A stretch of DNA of 32,000 nt from Erysipelotrichaceae bacterium (GTDB taxonomy: Bacteria > Bacillota_I > Bacilli_A > Erysipelotrichales > Erysipelotrichaceae): NCBI GenBank assembly GCA_963663995.1, contig OY760660.1, positions 1,020,001-1,052,000 on the forward strand, read 5' to 3'. Under the pieces are notes generated by a model, which saw only the letters and a program-made list of their open reading frames with translations, was not told where the DNA came from and did no database searches. This document shows, in pieces, positions 16,564-27,091 of the stretch. Each line of letters begins with the position of its first letter. The first letter of the stretch is position 1. The translations under genes and the position numbers were made by a program.

Positions 16564-17787
16564 ATGAGCGATATCAAAAAAGTAGTATTAGCATATTCTG
16601 GAGGTTTAGATACATCTATTATTATTTCTTGGTTAAAAGAGAACTACGATAACTGCGAAGTTATTGCGGTATCTGGAGATGTTGGTCAAGGCACTGAATT
16701 AGATGGTTTAGAAGAGAAGGCATTAAAAACAGGTGCATCTAAACTCTATATAGAAGATTTAAGAAAAGAATACGTTGATGATTTCATTATTCCAACATTG
16801 AAAGCTGGTGCACGTTATGAAGGTTATCTATTAGGAACTTCACATGCGCGTCCTATCATCGCTAAAAGAATTGCGGAAATTGCGATTAAGGAAGGTGCTG
16901 ATGCGATTTGTCATGGCGCAACTGGTAAAGGAAACGACCAAGTTCGATTTGAACTAACATTTAAAGCATTTGCCCCTGAAATGAAAATCATTGCTCCTTG
17001 GCGTATTTGGGATATTAAATCTCGTGAAGAAGCGATTGAATATGCTGAAGCACGTAATATTCCTTTAAAAATCAACAGAGAAACTAACTACTCAAAAGAT
17101 AAGAATATCTGGCATCTATCCCACGAAGGATTAGATCTCGAAGATGTTGGTAATGAACCTACTTATAATAAAGATGGTTTCTTAGAAATGGGTGTTTCAC
17201 CTGAGAATGCTCCAGATAAAGCAGAATACATTGAACTTGAGTTTGTAAAAGGAACACCTGTTTCACTGAATGGTTCAAAAATGGAAGCCATCGATATTAT
17301 CTATAAACTTAACGACTTAGGTGGAAAACACGGTGTTGGTTTATTAGATTTAGTTGAAAATAGATTAGTCGGTATGAAAAGCCGTGGTGTTTATGAAACA
17401 CCTGGAGGAGAAATCCTTTATCGTGCCCATGCTCTTTTAGAAAGCATTACTTTAGATAAAGAAACAGCTCACTTAAAAGAATCCTTAGCCCTTAAATTTG
17501 CTGATTTTGTTTATAATGGTCAATGGTTTACAAAAGCACGCGAGTCTTTAAGTGCCTTTGTTGAATGTACACAAGAAAATGTTACAGGTAAAGTAAGATT
17601 AAAGCTTTATAAAGGTAATATCATACCCGCAGGCGCTTGGTCTGATTATTCACTGTATAGTGAAGAACTTGCTTCATTTGGTGAAAGTGATTATAACCAA
17701 AAAGATGCTGAAGGCTTTATCAATTTATATGGTTTACCGCTAAAAGTAAAAGCTGTCTTAGACAAACAATTAAAGGATAAAAAATAA
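16564..17787 (+). CDS. argG: Argininosuccinate synthase
   Basis: [12 protein letters not shown]-binding motif, [13 protein letters not shown]. 407 aa. RBS GAAAGAGGA. Confidence 0.93.
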   Translation: MSDIKKVVLAYSGGLDTSIIISWLKENYDNCEVIAVSGDVGQGTELDGLEEKALKTGASKLYIEDLRKEYVDDFIIPTLKAGARYEGYLLGTSHARPIIAKRIAEIAIKEGADAICHGATGKGNDQVRFELTFKAFAPEMKIIAPWRIWDIKSREEAIEYAEARNIPLKINRETNYSKDKNIWHLSHEGLDLEDVGNEPTYNKDGFLEMGVSPENAPDKAEYIELEFVKGTPVSLNGSKMEAIDIIYKLNDLGGKHGVGLLDLVENRLVGMKSRGVYETPGGEILYRAHALLESITLDKETAHLKESLALKFADFVYNGQWFTKARESLSAFVECTQENVTGKVRLKLYKGNIIPAGAWSDYSLYSEELASFGESDYNQKDAEGFINLYGLPLKVKAVLDKQLKDKK

Positions 17788-19169
17788 TGAAACTTTGGTC
17801 TGGAAGATTTAGTACAGATACCGATGAACTGGTGGATGAGTTTAACGCATCCATCCATTTTGATAAGCGTTTTTACCCTTATGATATTCAAGGTTCAATT
17901 GCTCACGCGACGATGCTTGGAACAGTTGGCATCATTGATAAGAAAGATGCCGATTTAATTGTTGAAACCTTAAAGGAAATTAAAGTTGATTTTGATAAAG
18001 GTTTAATTGAGTTTAAAACAGCTGATGAAGATATACATATGGCTATTGAATCAGAGCTCACTAAACGAATTGGTGATGCCGGTAAGAAATTACATACTGC
18101 GCGTAGTCGAAACGATCAAGTCGCTTTAGATTTTAGACTATATCTAAAAGATGAAATTCAAACAATCCTTGGGAATACTTTAAACTTAATCAATGTCTTA
18201 AAAGAAATCGCTGAACAACATACAGAAACAATTCTGCCTGCTTATACTCATCTTCAACGTGCACAACCGACTAGTTTTGCCCATGTGATGATGGCTTATA
18301 CAAATATGTTGATGCGTGATGTAACAAGACTTGAAGATTGTTATACGCGATTTGATGTTATGCCTTTAGGGAGTGGTGCATTAACTTCCACTACTTATCC
18401 AATTGATCGTGTTTTAGTGGCAAAATTATTAGGTTTTGCAACAATTACACAAAATAGTTTAGATGGAGTATCTGATCGTGACTATGCGATTGAACTTTTA
18501 TCTGACTTATCCATCTTAATGATGCATTTATCCCGGTTCTCAGAAGAAGTTATTCTATGGAGTTCTTGGGAATACAAATTCATTGAATTATCAGATGCTT
18601 ATAGCACTGGTTCATCCATGATGCCACAAAAGAAAAACCCAGATATTGCCGAACTTGTCCGTGGTAAAACAGGCAGAGTTTACGGAAGTCTAATGGCTTT
18701 CTTAACCGTAATGAAATCACTTCCGCTTGCCTACAATAAAGATATGCAAGAAGATAAGGAACCCGTATTTGATGCAGTCGATACACTTAATCAGGTCTTA
18801 CCTATTTTTGCGGCGATGTTGAAAACAATGCATATCAACAAAGATAAAATGTTAAGTGCAGCAGCTGAGGGGTTTATTAATGCGACCGATTGCGCAGATT
18901 ACTTAGTTAAAAAATCTCTCCCTTTTAGAGATGCCTATACAGTAGTTGGTAAAACCGTAAGTTATTGCATTGAAAACAAGAAAACACTTGAGACTTTAAG
19001 TCTTGAAGAATATAAAAAATTCTCAGCTCTTTTTGAAGAAGATATCTATGAAACCATTGATTTATATAACTGTGTTCAAAAACGTAAAGTAACTGGTGGT
19101 CCTGCAAAAGAAGCTGTTCTTCAACAAATTAAAATGGTTGAAACTTTCTTAGAGGAAAGAAAATCATGA
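17787..19169 (+). CDS. argH: Argininosuccinate lyase
   Basis: MKLWSGRF..., TSRNDQ-like SRNDQV, fumarate-lyase signature [16 protein letters not shown] overlap with argG. Confidence 0.93.
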   Translation: MKLWSGRFSTDTDELVDEFNASIHFDKRFYPYDIQGSIAHATMLGTVGIIDKKDADLIVETLKEIKVDFDKGLIEFKTADEDIHMAIESELTKRIGDAGKKLHTARSRNDQVALDFRLYLKDEIQTILGNTLNLINVLKEIAEQHTETILPAYTHLQRAQPTSFAHVMMAYTNMLMRDVTRLEDCYTRFDVMPLGSGALTSTTYPIDRVLVAKLLGFATITQNSLDGVSDRDYAIELLSDLSILMMHLSRFSEEVILWSSWEYKFIELSDAYSTGSSMMPQKKNPDIAELVRGKTGRVYGSLMAFLTVMKSLPLAYNKDMQEDKEPVFDAVDTLNQVLPIFAAMLKTMHINKDKMLSAAAEGFINATDCADYLVKKSLPFRDAYTVVGKTVSYCIENKKTLETLSLEEYKKFSALFEEDIYETIDLYNCVQKRKVTGGPAKEAVLQQIKMVETFLEERKS

Positions 19170-20095
19170 CTTTACCTAAAGTTTTTATTGATGGTCAAGC
19201 TGGGACAACTGGTTTAGAAATCTATGAAAGACTACAGAATAGAGATGATATTGAGCTACTCCTTATTGATGAAGCTTTAAGAAAAGATGATCAAGAAAGA
19301 AGTCGTTTAATGAATGAAGCTGATTTAGTTTTCTTATGCTTACCAGATCAAGCAGCTATTGAAGCTGTTAAACTCGTCACACATCCAAAAACAAAAATCA
19401 TTGATGCCTCAACTGCTCATCGAACTAATCCATCCTGGACCTTTGGTTTTGCTGAATTGTCAAAAGAGAATTGTGAACAAATTAAAACAACCACTCGTTT
19501 GGCTAATCCAGGTTGTCATGCGACAGGTTTTATTTCGATTGTTTATCCATTAATCAAAGCTGGTATTTTAGCTGATGATACTGCTCTAACTTGTTTTTCC
19601 ATTACTGGTTATTCTGGGGGTGGTAAACAAATGATTAAAGCCTACGAAAATGAAAAAACAGATGCGATGGCGAGTGCTACTTTATATAAGTTAGATTTAA
19701 ATCATAAACATATTCCTGAAATGATGCATGTGACTGGTTTAAAAAAGAAACCGATATTTGTGCCTATCCTTGATGATTTCTATCGAGGCATGAGTACAAG
19801 TGTTGCTTTACATTTAGAATCACTAATAGCTAAAGAAACTGTTCAATCACTTTATCAAAAATTGAGTGAATACTATCAAGATTCAAAATTTGTTTCAGTT
19901 AGTCTGATGCCTGAAAACCAATTACTACCCACAAGTTTTGGCAAGAATACCAATCAGTTAGAAATCACTGTAAGTGGAAATGATGAACAAGTCTTATTAA
20001 CAGCTCGTTTTGATAACCTTGGCAAAGGGGCATCTGGCGCAGCTGTTCAGAACATGAACTTGATGTTGGGCTTTGATGAAATGAAAGGCTTGTAA
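19166..20095 (+). CDS. argC: N-acetyl-gamma-glutamyl-phosphate reductase (short, ~310 aa type)
   Basis: [10 protein letters not shown] Rossmann start, catalytic Cys in [13 protein letters not shown] overlap with the argH stop. Confidence 0.88.
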   Translation: MTLPKVFIDGQAGTTGLEIYERLQNRDDIELLLIDEALRKDDQERSRLMNEADLVFLCLPDQAAIEAVKLVTHPKTKIIDASTAHRTNPSWTFGFAELSKENCEQIKTTTRLANPGCHATGFISIVYPLIKAGILADDTALTCFSITGYSGGGKQMIKAYENEKTDAMASATLYKLDLNHKHIPEMMHVTGLKKKPIFVPILDDFYRGMSTSVALHLESLIAKETVQSLYQKLSEYYQDSKFVSVSLMPENQLLPTSFGKNTNQLEITVSGNDEQVLLTARFDNLGKGASGAAVQNMNLMLGFDEMKGL

Positions 20096-20123
20096 AATAT
20101 TTGTAAGTTTTTTCTGAAAACAT

Positions 20124-20151
20124 TTGTAAAATAAAATTATTTGTGTATAAT
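20124..20151 (+). promoter_or_regulatory. Sigma-A promoter of the T-box leader / argJBDF
   Basis: TTGTAA (20124-20129), 16 nt, TATAAT (20146-20151). Confidence 0.6.
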
Positions 20152-20159
20152 AAGCGCAT

Positions 20160-20386
20160 AAGCATTGATCAAGAGTAGTAGTTTCTTCTCTTAAGGCATA
20201 GCGACTTGCAGTTGGTGAAAGGCAAGACTTAACAAGAAACGAACGTACTTGTGAGCTGATATCTCGAAAGTTTGAGGGATGTTCCGCAGACGCTGCGTTA
20301 TAGCGATGAGTTGTCATACCATTGTGTATGAAATTAAGGTGGTACCGCGTTATCAAGACGTCCTTTGTTTGAAGGACGTCTTTTTT
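20160..20386 (+). promoter_or_regulatory. T-box riboswitch leader with an arginine (CGU) specifier
   Basis: Stem I: CAAG / CTTG and GTTTCTT / AAGAAAC helices enclose a specifier loop whose 5' side is AGTAGTA and 3' side is GAA-CGT-A (codon at 20244-20246). Distal-loop-like GCAGTTGGTGAAAGGCAAG. T-box sequence AAATTAAGGTGGTACCGCG (20331-20349). Antiterminator AAGG[TGGTACC]GCGT...ACGTCCTT competes with terminator AAGACGTCCTT / AAGGACGTCTT plus a T-run (20355-20386). Confidence 0.9.
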
Positions 20387-20409
20387 ATTTAATCAAGGGA
20401 GAAAGAAAC

Positions 20410-21627
20410 ATGAAAATAATTTCTGGAAGCATCTGTGCAGCTAAAGGCTTTAGCACTGCTGCGATGCATGTTGGTGTTAAAACTAAAAATACTGACAAAA
20501 AAGATTTAGCGCTTATTGTTAGTGAAGTCTTAGCAAATACGGCTGCTGTTTATACCAAAAACAAAGTACAAGCTGCTCCCATTCATGTAACTAAGAAACA
20601 TCTTGATAACCATAAAGCTCAAGCCATTATCGTTAACAGTGGTAACGCTAATGCTTGTGCCATCAATGGTGAAGATCATGCCTTAAGTACTTGTGCTAAA
20701 GTTGCTCAAGAGCTTTGCATCAACGAGAGTGATGTTGTAGTTGCATCTACAGGCGTGATCGGACAAGAGTTGAATGTTTCTGTCATCCTTGAAGGCATAC
20801 CTACTTTAGCAAAATCACTCAGTTCAAGTGCTGACATGGATGCGGCTAGCGCTATCATGACAACTGATACCAAAGAAAAAAGTATTGCTCTTGAATTTGA
20901 AATTGATGGAAAAATTTGTCACTTAGGAGCAATTGCTAAAGGATCAGGTATGATTCACCCAAATATGGGTACGATGTTGTGTTTCATCACTACAGATGTC
21001 GCGATTAATGAAGTCATGCTGCAGAAGGCTTTGGTCGATGCAGTCAACGCGAGCTTCAATCGCGTATCTGTCGATGGTGATTCATCTACCAATGATATGT
21101 GTACTGTGATGGCTAATGGATTAAGCCAAAACAAAAAAATCAATCAAATGGATGATAACTATCAAATATTCTATGAAGCACTAGAAACAGTCTGCATTGA
21201 TCTTGCCAAGAAAATTGCTGCTGATGGTGAAGGCGCTAAGCACTTAGTAACTTGTACAGTGAGCCAAGCTAAGTCTGTCTTAGACGCTGAAACAATGGCT
21301 AAATCAGTCATTGCTTCCTCTTTAGTTAAAACAGCAATCTTTGGATCTGATGCGAACTGGGGGCGAGTCATATGTGCAATGGGGTATTCTGGGGTTGATT
21401 TCAATCCAAATCAAGTGAATATTGATTTCACATCTAAACTTGGTAAAGTGGAAGTATGTAAGGATGGTAAAGGCTTAGTCTTTGATGAAGATTTAGCAAA
21501 GAAAATTCTAACTGAAGACGAAATCACCATTGAAATTTCATTAAACGAAGGCTTTGAATCTTGTACAGCTTGGGGCTGTGATTTATCTTATGATTACGTC
21601 AAAATCAATGGCGATTATCGCTCATAA
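20410..21627 (+). CDS. argJ: Bifunctional glutamate N-acetyltransferase / amino-acid acetyltransferase (ornithine acetyltransferase)
   Basis: ATG 20410 with AAGGGAG upstream; the ORF-track start at 20365 lies inside the terminator. Autoprocessing site region PNMGTMLCFITTDV. C-terminus YVKINGDYRS. Confidence 0.92.
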   Translation: MKIISGSICAAKGFSTAAMHVGVKTKNTDKKDLALIVSEVLANTAAVYTKNKVQAAPIHVTKKHLDNHKAQAIIVNSGNANACAINGEDHALSTCAKVAQELCINESDVVVASTGVIGQELNVSVILEGIPTLAKSLSSSADMDAASAIMTTDTKEKSIALEFEIDGKICHLGAIAKGSGMIHPNMGTMLCFITTDVAINEVMLQKALVDAVNASFNRVSVDGDSSTNDMCTVMANGLSQNKKINQMDDNYQIFYEALETVCIDLAKKIAADGEGAKHLVTCTVSQAKSVLDAETMAKSVIASSLVKTAIFGSDANWGRVICAMGYSGVDFNPNQVNIDFTSKLGKVEVCKDGKGLVFDEDLAKKILTEDEITIEISLNEGFESCTAWGCDLSYDYVKINGDYRS

Positions 21628-21641
21628 ACAAGGGGTACAAA

Positions 21642-22493
21642 ATGGAAAAACTGATTGAAAGGGCTCAAACATTAGTTGAAGCTCTTCCTTATATACAATC
21701 CTTCTATGGAAAAGTCGTCGTCATTAAATATGGTGGAAATGCGATGATTAATCAAAGTCTACTTAATTCTGTCATGGATGATGTCATATTATTAAATACC
21801 GTTGGAATTCACGTTGTTTTAGTTCATGGTGGTGGTCCAGAAATCAACAATATGCTTAAAAAGATTGGGAAAGAAAGCACCTTTATTGATGGTCTTCGTT
21901 ATACCGATCAAGAAACAATGGATGTCGTTCAAGGTATCTTATGTGGAAAAGTTAATAAAGATCTAGTCGCTTCTATTGTTAGAAAAGGAGCGAATGCGAT
22001 TGGTTTATCTGGCCTTGATGATGGTTTGCTTAAAGCAATGAAGAAGACCACAAATGGTAAAGATTATGGCCTTGTTGGTGTTGTCACACAAGTAAATCCA
22101 AAACCAATCTTAAATGCACTATCTAGTAATACGATTCCGGTAATCGCATCGGTTGCTTTAGGGACTGATCAAAATACCGCTTATAACGTAAATGCAGATA
22201 CTGCTGCAGCTGAAATCGCAATTGCTTTAAAAGCTGAGAAATTAATAATTTTAACAGATACGACGGGTGTTTTAGATAAAGAAAAGAATTTAATTACCAA
22301 GTTAACTAAAGCTGAAGTTGATGAAGCGATTAACAATGAAACCATTGTCGGTGGAATGATTCCTAAAGTTGAATGTTGTACAAACGCTATTACACACGGT
22401 GTTCACCGTACCCATATTATTGATGGACGTGTTCCACACTCCATTCTCATCGAAGTTCTCACCAATGAGGGTGTTGGAACGATGATCTACTAG
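21642..22493 (+). CDS. argB: Acetylglutamate kinase
   Basis: VIKYGGNAM, LVHGGGPEI, NVNADTAA motifs. Confidence 0.92.
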   Translation: MEKLIERAQTLVEALPYIQSFYGKVVVIKYGGNAMINQSLLNSVMDDVILLNTVGIHVVLVHGGGPEINNMLKKIGKESTFIDGLRYTDQETMDVVQGILCGKVNKDLVASIVRKGANAIGLSGLDDGLLKAMKKTTNGKDYGLVGVVTQVNPKPILNALSSNTIPVIASVALGTDQNTAYNVNADTAAAEIAIALKAEKLIILTDTTGVLDKEKNLITKLTKAEVDEAINNETIVGGMIPKVECCTNAITHGVHRTHIIDGRVPHSILIEVLTNEGVGTMIY

Positions 22494-22501
22494 GAGGCTT
22501 T

Positions 22502-23686
22502 ATGAATAGCAAAGATTTAAAACAACTTGATCAACAAGCGGTTATGCAAACTTATGGTCGTTTTGATTTAGCCATTGAAAAAGCTGAAGGTTCTACCCTT
22601 TATGATTTCGAAGGAAAAGCTTATGTCGATTTCACCAGTGGAATTGGGGTAAATAGTATCGGCTACAATAATCAAAAATGGATTGATGCGATCACTAAAC
22701 AAGCATCTCTCATCCAACACACATCAAATATCTACTACACTGCACCATCGACATTATTAGCTGTTGAATTAACAGAAAAAACAGGCATGAAATCTGCTTT
22801 CTTTGCGAATTCAGGGGCTGAGTCAAATGAGGGTGTCATTAAATGTGCACGTAAATATTCTTTTGATAAATATGGACAAGATCGCTATGAAATCATCACT
22901 CTTGAAAATTCATTTCATGGAAGAACAATCTCTACTTTAGCAGCTACAGCTCAAGATCATTTCCATAACTATTTCTTTCCATTTACACAAGGTTTTGTTT
23001 ACGCAAAAGCAAATATTGAAGCGATAAAGGCAAAAGTATCAGAGAGTACTTGTGCCATTATGATGGAACTTATTCAAGGTGAAGGTGGTGTATTACCACT
23101 AGATATGACATTTGTTAAAGAAGTCGAAGCCTTATGTAAAGAAAAAGATATTCTTCTCATTATTGATGAAGTCCAAACAGGTGTTGGACGTACTGGTAGC
23201 TTATTTGCTTTTCAACAATATGAGATTAAACCAGATTTACTTTCATTTGCGAAAGGCATTGGTGGAGGTTTACCTTTAGGTGGATTCTTAGCCAATGAAA
23301 AATGCTCTACAGTATTAGGAGCTGGCACTCATGCGACAACTTTTGGTGGAAATCCAATTGCATGTGCAGGTGCATTAGAAGTTTTAAATCAAGTAAATGA
23401 TGCACTTCTAAGTGATGTCAAAGATAAAGGTGAATATATCACTTCAAAGATTAATTCTTGGGGTTTTGATTTTGTATCACAAGCCCGTGGTTTAGGTTTA
23501 ATGATTGCGATACCACTTGTGAGTGTAAGTCATAAAGAAGTAGCGGTTAAATGCATTGAAGACGGTCTATTAGTATTGACTGCTGGTAAAGATGCTTTAA
23601 GACTTTTACCTCCATTGACTATTTCATATGCAGATATTGATAAAGGTTTATCTATTTTAAAGAAAGTACTAGAGAGTTTTAAATAA
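22502..23686 (+). CDS. argD: Acetylornithine aminotransferase
   Basis: Class III aminotransferase: NSGAESNE, IIDEVQTGVGRTG, PLP-Lys in SFAKGIGGGLPLG. RBS TAGGAGG. Confidence 0.9.
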   Translation: MNSKDLKQLDQQAVMQTYGRFDLAIEKAEGSTLYDFEGKAYVDFTSGIGVNSIGYNNQKWIDAITKQASLIQHTSNIYYTAPSTLLAVELTEKTGMKSAFFANSGAESNEGVIKCARKYSFDKYGQDRYEIITLENSFHGRTISTLAATAQDHFHNYFFPFTQGFVYAKANIEAIKAKVSESTCAIMMELIQGEGGVLPLDMTFVKEVEALCKEKDILLIIDEVQTGVGRTGSLFAFQQYEIKPDLLSFAKGIGGGLPLGGFLANEKCSTVLGAGTHATTFGGNPIACAGALEVLNQVNDALLSDVKDKGEYITSKINSWGFDFVSQARGLGLMIAIPLVSVSHKEVAVKCIEDGLLVLTAGKDALRLLPPLTISYADIDKGLSILKKVLESFK

Positions 23687-23687
23687 G

Positions 23688-24614
23688 ATGAAAAAAGACT
23701 TAACCAAATTATTAGATTTAAGCCAAGAAGAAATCTTTGAAATTCTTGACTTAGCTGATCAACTTAAAAAAGAACAAAAAGAAGGAATTCCTCACGATTT
23801 TCCTAAAGGTAAAACTTTAGCGATGATTTTCGCAAAAAACTCAACACGTACACGTGTTTCCTTCGAAGTTGGTATGTTTCAATTAGGTGGTCATGCCTTA
23901 TTTCTTTCAAATGATACCTCACAAGTTTCTCGTGGTGAACCTGTTGAAGATACAGCTCGTGTACTAAGTCGTTATTGTGATTGCATCATGATTCGCACAT
24001 ATGAACAAGAGGAAATAGAACTACTTGCAAAATATTCTTCTGTTCCCGTAATCAATGGTTTATCTAATCAATTTCATCCTTGCCAAGTCTTAGCCGACTT
24101 AATGACAATTAGAGAAGTAAAAGGTTATTTAAAAGGCTTGAAAATTGCTTATGTTGGTGATGGATTCAATATGGCTAACTCAATCATTGTTGGTGGCATA
24201 AAATGTGGAATGGATGTTTCCATTGCCTGTCCATCTGGTTATGAACCTGATCACGAAGTCATTGAATTTGCGAAAAATGCTGATGGTTTACACTTCCATA
24301 TGGGAACTGATCCTGTCGCTGCTGTTAAAGATGCAGATATCGTCTTCACTGATGTATGGTCAAGTATGGGACATGAAGAAGAACATAAACGTCGTTTAGA
24401 AAAATTTGAAGGCTATCAAATCAACGATACTTTAATGGCTTATGCGAAAAAAGATGCGATAGTTCAACATTGCTTACCTGCTCATAAAGGTGAAGAGATT
24501 TCAGAAAATGTATTTGAAGAGCATGCGGATGAAATCTTTGAAGAAGCAGAAAACAGACTACATGTGCAAAAAGCCGTCATGAGTATTCTCATGAAAAATA
24601 ATCTCAAACAATAA
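23688..24614 (+). CDS. argF: Ornithine carbamoyltransferase
   Basis: STRTRVSFE, HPCQVLADL, HCLPAHKGEE motifs. Confidence 0.92.
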   Translation: MKKDLTKLLDLSQEEIFEILDLADQLKKEQKEGIPHDFPKGKTLAMIFAKNSTRTRVSFEVGMFQLGGHALFLSNDTSQVSRGEPVEDTARVLSRYCDCIMIRTYEQEEIELLAKYSSVPVINGLSNQFHPCQVLADLMTIREVKGYLKGLKIAYVGDGFNMANSIIVGGIKCGMDVSIACPSGYEPDHEVIEFAKNADGLHFHMGTDPVAAVKDADIVFTDVWSSMGHEEEHKRRLEKFEGYQINDTLMAYAKKDAIVQHCLPAHKGEEISENVFEEHADEIFEEAENRLHVQKAVMSILMKNNLKQ

Positions 24615-24633
24615 GGATCAATTGATCCTTTTT
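24612..24633 (+). terminator. Intrinsic terminator after argF
   Basis: AAGGATC-AATT-GATCCTT followed by TTT. Confidence 0.65.
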
Positions 24634-24773
24634 CGATTTTTATATGCAACAAACCCGCTTTTTTGACTGTATTTTAAATACAATTTTATATAAATATAAT
24701 TATTTTTATTAATTTAGTTTAATTTAGATATTTTAGAGTACAATCGTTTATCGATCATAATAAGCTTGTTATA

Positions 24774-26276
24774 ATGGTTGGTATAAGCTTGTTTATGTAT
24801 CTATCTATTATCTTCAATTTTACATTTCTAATCTCAATCATTTCACTCTTGCAGTTCTTCTTGAAGGACAGCAATCTTAAATTAGAGTGGAATTTTTCTA
24901 GACGAATAGTCGCTGGTGTATTTATAGCGGCAGTTGGACTCTTCTTAATGGTGACTTCAATCGACTTTGCAAGTAATGTTCAATTCGATATGCGTTATGT
25001 TGCTTTTATGGTAGCTGCTACATATGGTGGACCTATCGTCAGTCTTGTAACCGGAATTACCATGTTTTTAGCGAATTTCTTATTACTTGAAACAAGAAGA
25101 AGTCCTGATTTTATTATTCTTCTTAATACAACATTATTTTTCTATTTTAATGTAATCGCCTATCAAAAATGGCCTCGAAAAAAAATGTATCTCGCTTATG
25201 TACTAGGGATGGTTTTTTTGTTGACTATCAGTAGTGCGGTATTTCATCTATGGTCTAAAGAATATAATACTTTCTTAATCGTATATATCGGTACTAATGT
25301 TCTAGCAGGCTATGTTGTTCTCAACTTTATTGATTATACATTTGAAAGTTTAGTACAGTATCGCCATCTTCAAGTTTCACATGAAATCGACTACTTAACA
25401 CAAGTAAACAATGTTCATGCCTTTGATGAGAAACTTCAAGAATATATTAAACATGCGACAAGTAATAATGAACAACTTGTTATGTTAATGATTGATTTAG
25501 ATTTCTTTAAAAAGGTAAATGATTTTTATGGTCACGATATTGGTGATATCGTTTTATTCGAATTAGCGAACATCTTAAAACAACAGACTCGACCTAATGA
25601 TATTGTCGCCCGAAAAGGCGGAGAAGAGTTCGCTATAGTATTACATAATTGTAATGGTGAAAATGCCGAAATCATTGCTGAGCGTATTCGAAAAGCAGTT
25701 GAAGAATTTATTTTTGTGAAAGAAAAATCACCAATTTCTCAGACCATTTCAATTGGTATGTCACTTTTCCCTGATGACGCGACTAACTCAAAAGATTTAA
25801 TAAAAACTTCAGATTTAGCGCTTTACTTAGCAAAAGCTAGTGGACGTAATCGTGTCGAAAATTATTCTACTTTAAAAAATGCTCATCCATACATCAAATT
25901 TAATCGCTCAGGTAATGAGATTATTGATTCTGAGCATGCTGAACTTGTAACTTTGTTTAATACCATAACCTCGGATTATTTAAATAAAACCGGATTTGAA
26001 GAATTACAAGAGATGACTAAATCACTTAAACGACACTTTGAAATGCACTGTGTTTCAGAAGAAAATGAATATAGTTTAAATCGTGTTCCGAATAGTTTAT
26101 TACTTAAACATCAAAAAATACATCTCGAATTAATATCGCTTTTTGATGCTTTACTTTCACGTTTAAATAAAAACACTGATGCATTGGATTCTGAATACTT
26201 CGCTTTATTAAGTAATATTATCATTGGTCATATACAGACAGATGATACAGATCTATTTAAATATTTAAAAACTTGA
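24774..26276 (+). CDS. Membrane diguanylate cyclase: LytS-type 5TM sensor domain - GGDEF (GGEEF, with RxxD I-site) - C-terminal hemerythrin-like domain
   Basis: N-terminal TM bundle with FDMRYVAFMVAATYGGP (5TMR_LYT-like). RPND-x5-GGEEF. The C-terminal ~125 aa carry a hemerythrin ligand pattern: IDSEH, RHFEMHCVSEENEY, KHQKIH, GHIQTDD. Start uncertain (ATG 24774 or 24795; neither has an SD). Confidence 0.8.
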   Translation: MVGISLFMYLSIIFNFTFLISIISLLQFFLKDSNLKLEWNFSRRIVAGVFIAAVGLFLMVTSIDFASNVQFDMRYVAFMVAATYGGPIVSLVTGITMFLANFLLLETRRSPDFIILLNTTLFFYFNVIAYQKWPRKKMYLAYVLGMVFLLTISSAVFHLWSKEYNTFLIVYIGTNVLAGYVVLNFIDYTFESLVQYRHLQVSHEIDYLTQVNNVHAFDEKLQEYIKHATSNNEQLVMLMIDLDFFKKVNDFYGHDIGDIVLFELANILKQQTRPNDIVARKGGEEFAIVLHNCNGENAEIIAERIRKAVEEFIFVKEKSPISQTISIGMSLFPDDATNSKDLIKTSDLALYLAKASGRNRVENYSTLKNAHPYIKFNRSGNEIIDSEHAELVTLFNTITSDYLNKTGFEELQEMTKSLKRHFEMHCVSEENEYSLNRVPNSLLLKHQKIHLELISLFDALLSRLNKNTDALDSEYFALLSNIIIGHIQTDDTDLFKYLKT

Positions 26277-26289
26277 ACAAAACTCAAGT
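26271..26289. terminator. Weak hairpin shared by the two convergent genes
   Basis: ACTTGA-ACAAAAC-TCAAGT followed by TTTTATTTT. Only 6 bp and AT-rich. Confidence 0.35.
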
Positions 26290-26290
26290 T

Positions 26291-27091
26291 TTATTTTGTC
26301 TTTATGTGGTCTACTGTTTCTTTACATGCTTTTATAAAAATGGAAGCATCTAGACTATAGGCTACGCTGTCATAACCTAAATGATAATACTCTTTGGCTT
26401 TTTCGATACTACCAGCAAAAATAAAAGCTAATTTATGATGCTTCTTACATAGACTTAAGATTGTTTGTATCGCTTCTTTCATGATTTCAGAATCTAGCTG
26501 AAATGGTACACCTAAAGCAATTGATAAGTCTAAAGGTCCGACAAATATTCCATCTACACCTTCAACCATAATAATTTCTTCAATGTTTTGATAAGCTGAT
26601 AAAGTTTCACATTGTGGCAGTATGAGTTGTTCTTGATTACAGATGCTCATATATTTATTTGCATCTTTAGCCCATCCATCAACTCCCCAGGTGGATGTCT
26701 TTGTTGGACAATAACCACGTCTTCCTATAGGAGCATATTTAGCATGTTTGATGAGTTCTTTTACCTCATCTACAGTTTCAATATATGGAACAATAAGTCC
26801 TTTAGCACCAATATCTAATGTTTTTAGAATGTGGCTCCGACTGACTTCAGATATTCTAACTAATGGACATAAATGATTCGCTTCTGCACGACTGATCATT
26901 TGATCAATTGTCTCTAACGAAAATGGTCCATGTTCTGCATCTATGACAATATAATCAAATCCTGAACTAGACAAAGATTCAATGATTCCTCTACCACCAA
27001 GATGGACAAACGTTCCTAGACTATTTTTAAGTTCTTTTAATTTGTTTTTAAATTCTTTATGATCGACTGAATGCATATTTTCGTTGTACAT
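26291..27091 (-). CDS. HpcH/HpaI-family (class II, pyruvate-specific) 2-keto-3-deoxy-acid aldolase
   Basis: 266 aa. Family-like pattern: FDYIVIDAEHGP, R.S........KTLDIGA.G..VP, EGVDGIFVGP.DLS. Confidence 0.7.
   Translation of the reverse strand: MYNENMHSVDHKEFKNKLKELKNSLGTFVHLGGRGIIESLSSSGFDYIVIDAEHGPFSLETIDQMISRAEANHLCPLVRISEVSRSHILKTLDIGAKGLIVPYIETVDEVKELIKHAKYAPIGRRGYCPTKTSTWGVDGWAKDANKYMSICNQEQLILPQCETLSAYQNIEEIIMVEGVDGIFVGPLDLSIALGVPFQLDSEIMKEAIQTILSLCKKHHKLAFIFAGSIEKAKEYYHLGYDSVAYSLDASIFIKACKETVDHIKTK

Noticed and set aside
19997-20356. 119-aa minus-strand ORF in the argC-argJ gap
   Set aside because: It lies entirely over the T-box leader, whose conserved RNA elements explain the sequence. 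It has no RBS, and its composition is odd (Cys/His/Arg-rich). It is an artefact.
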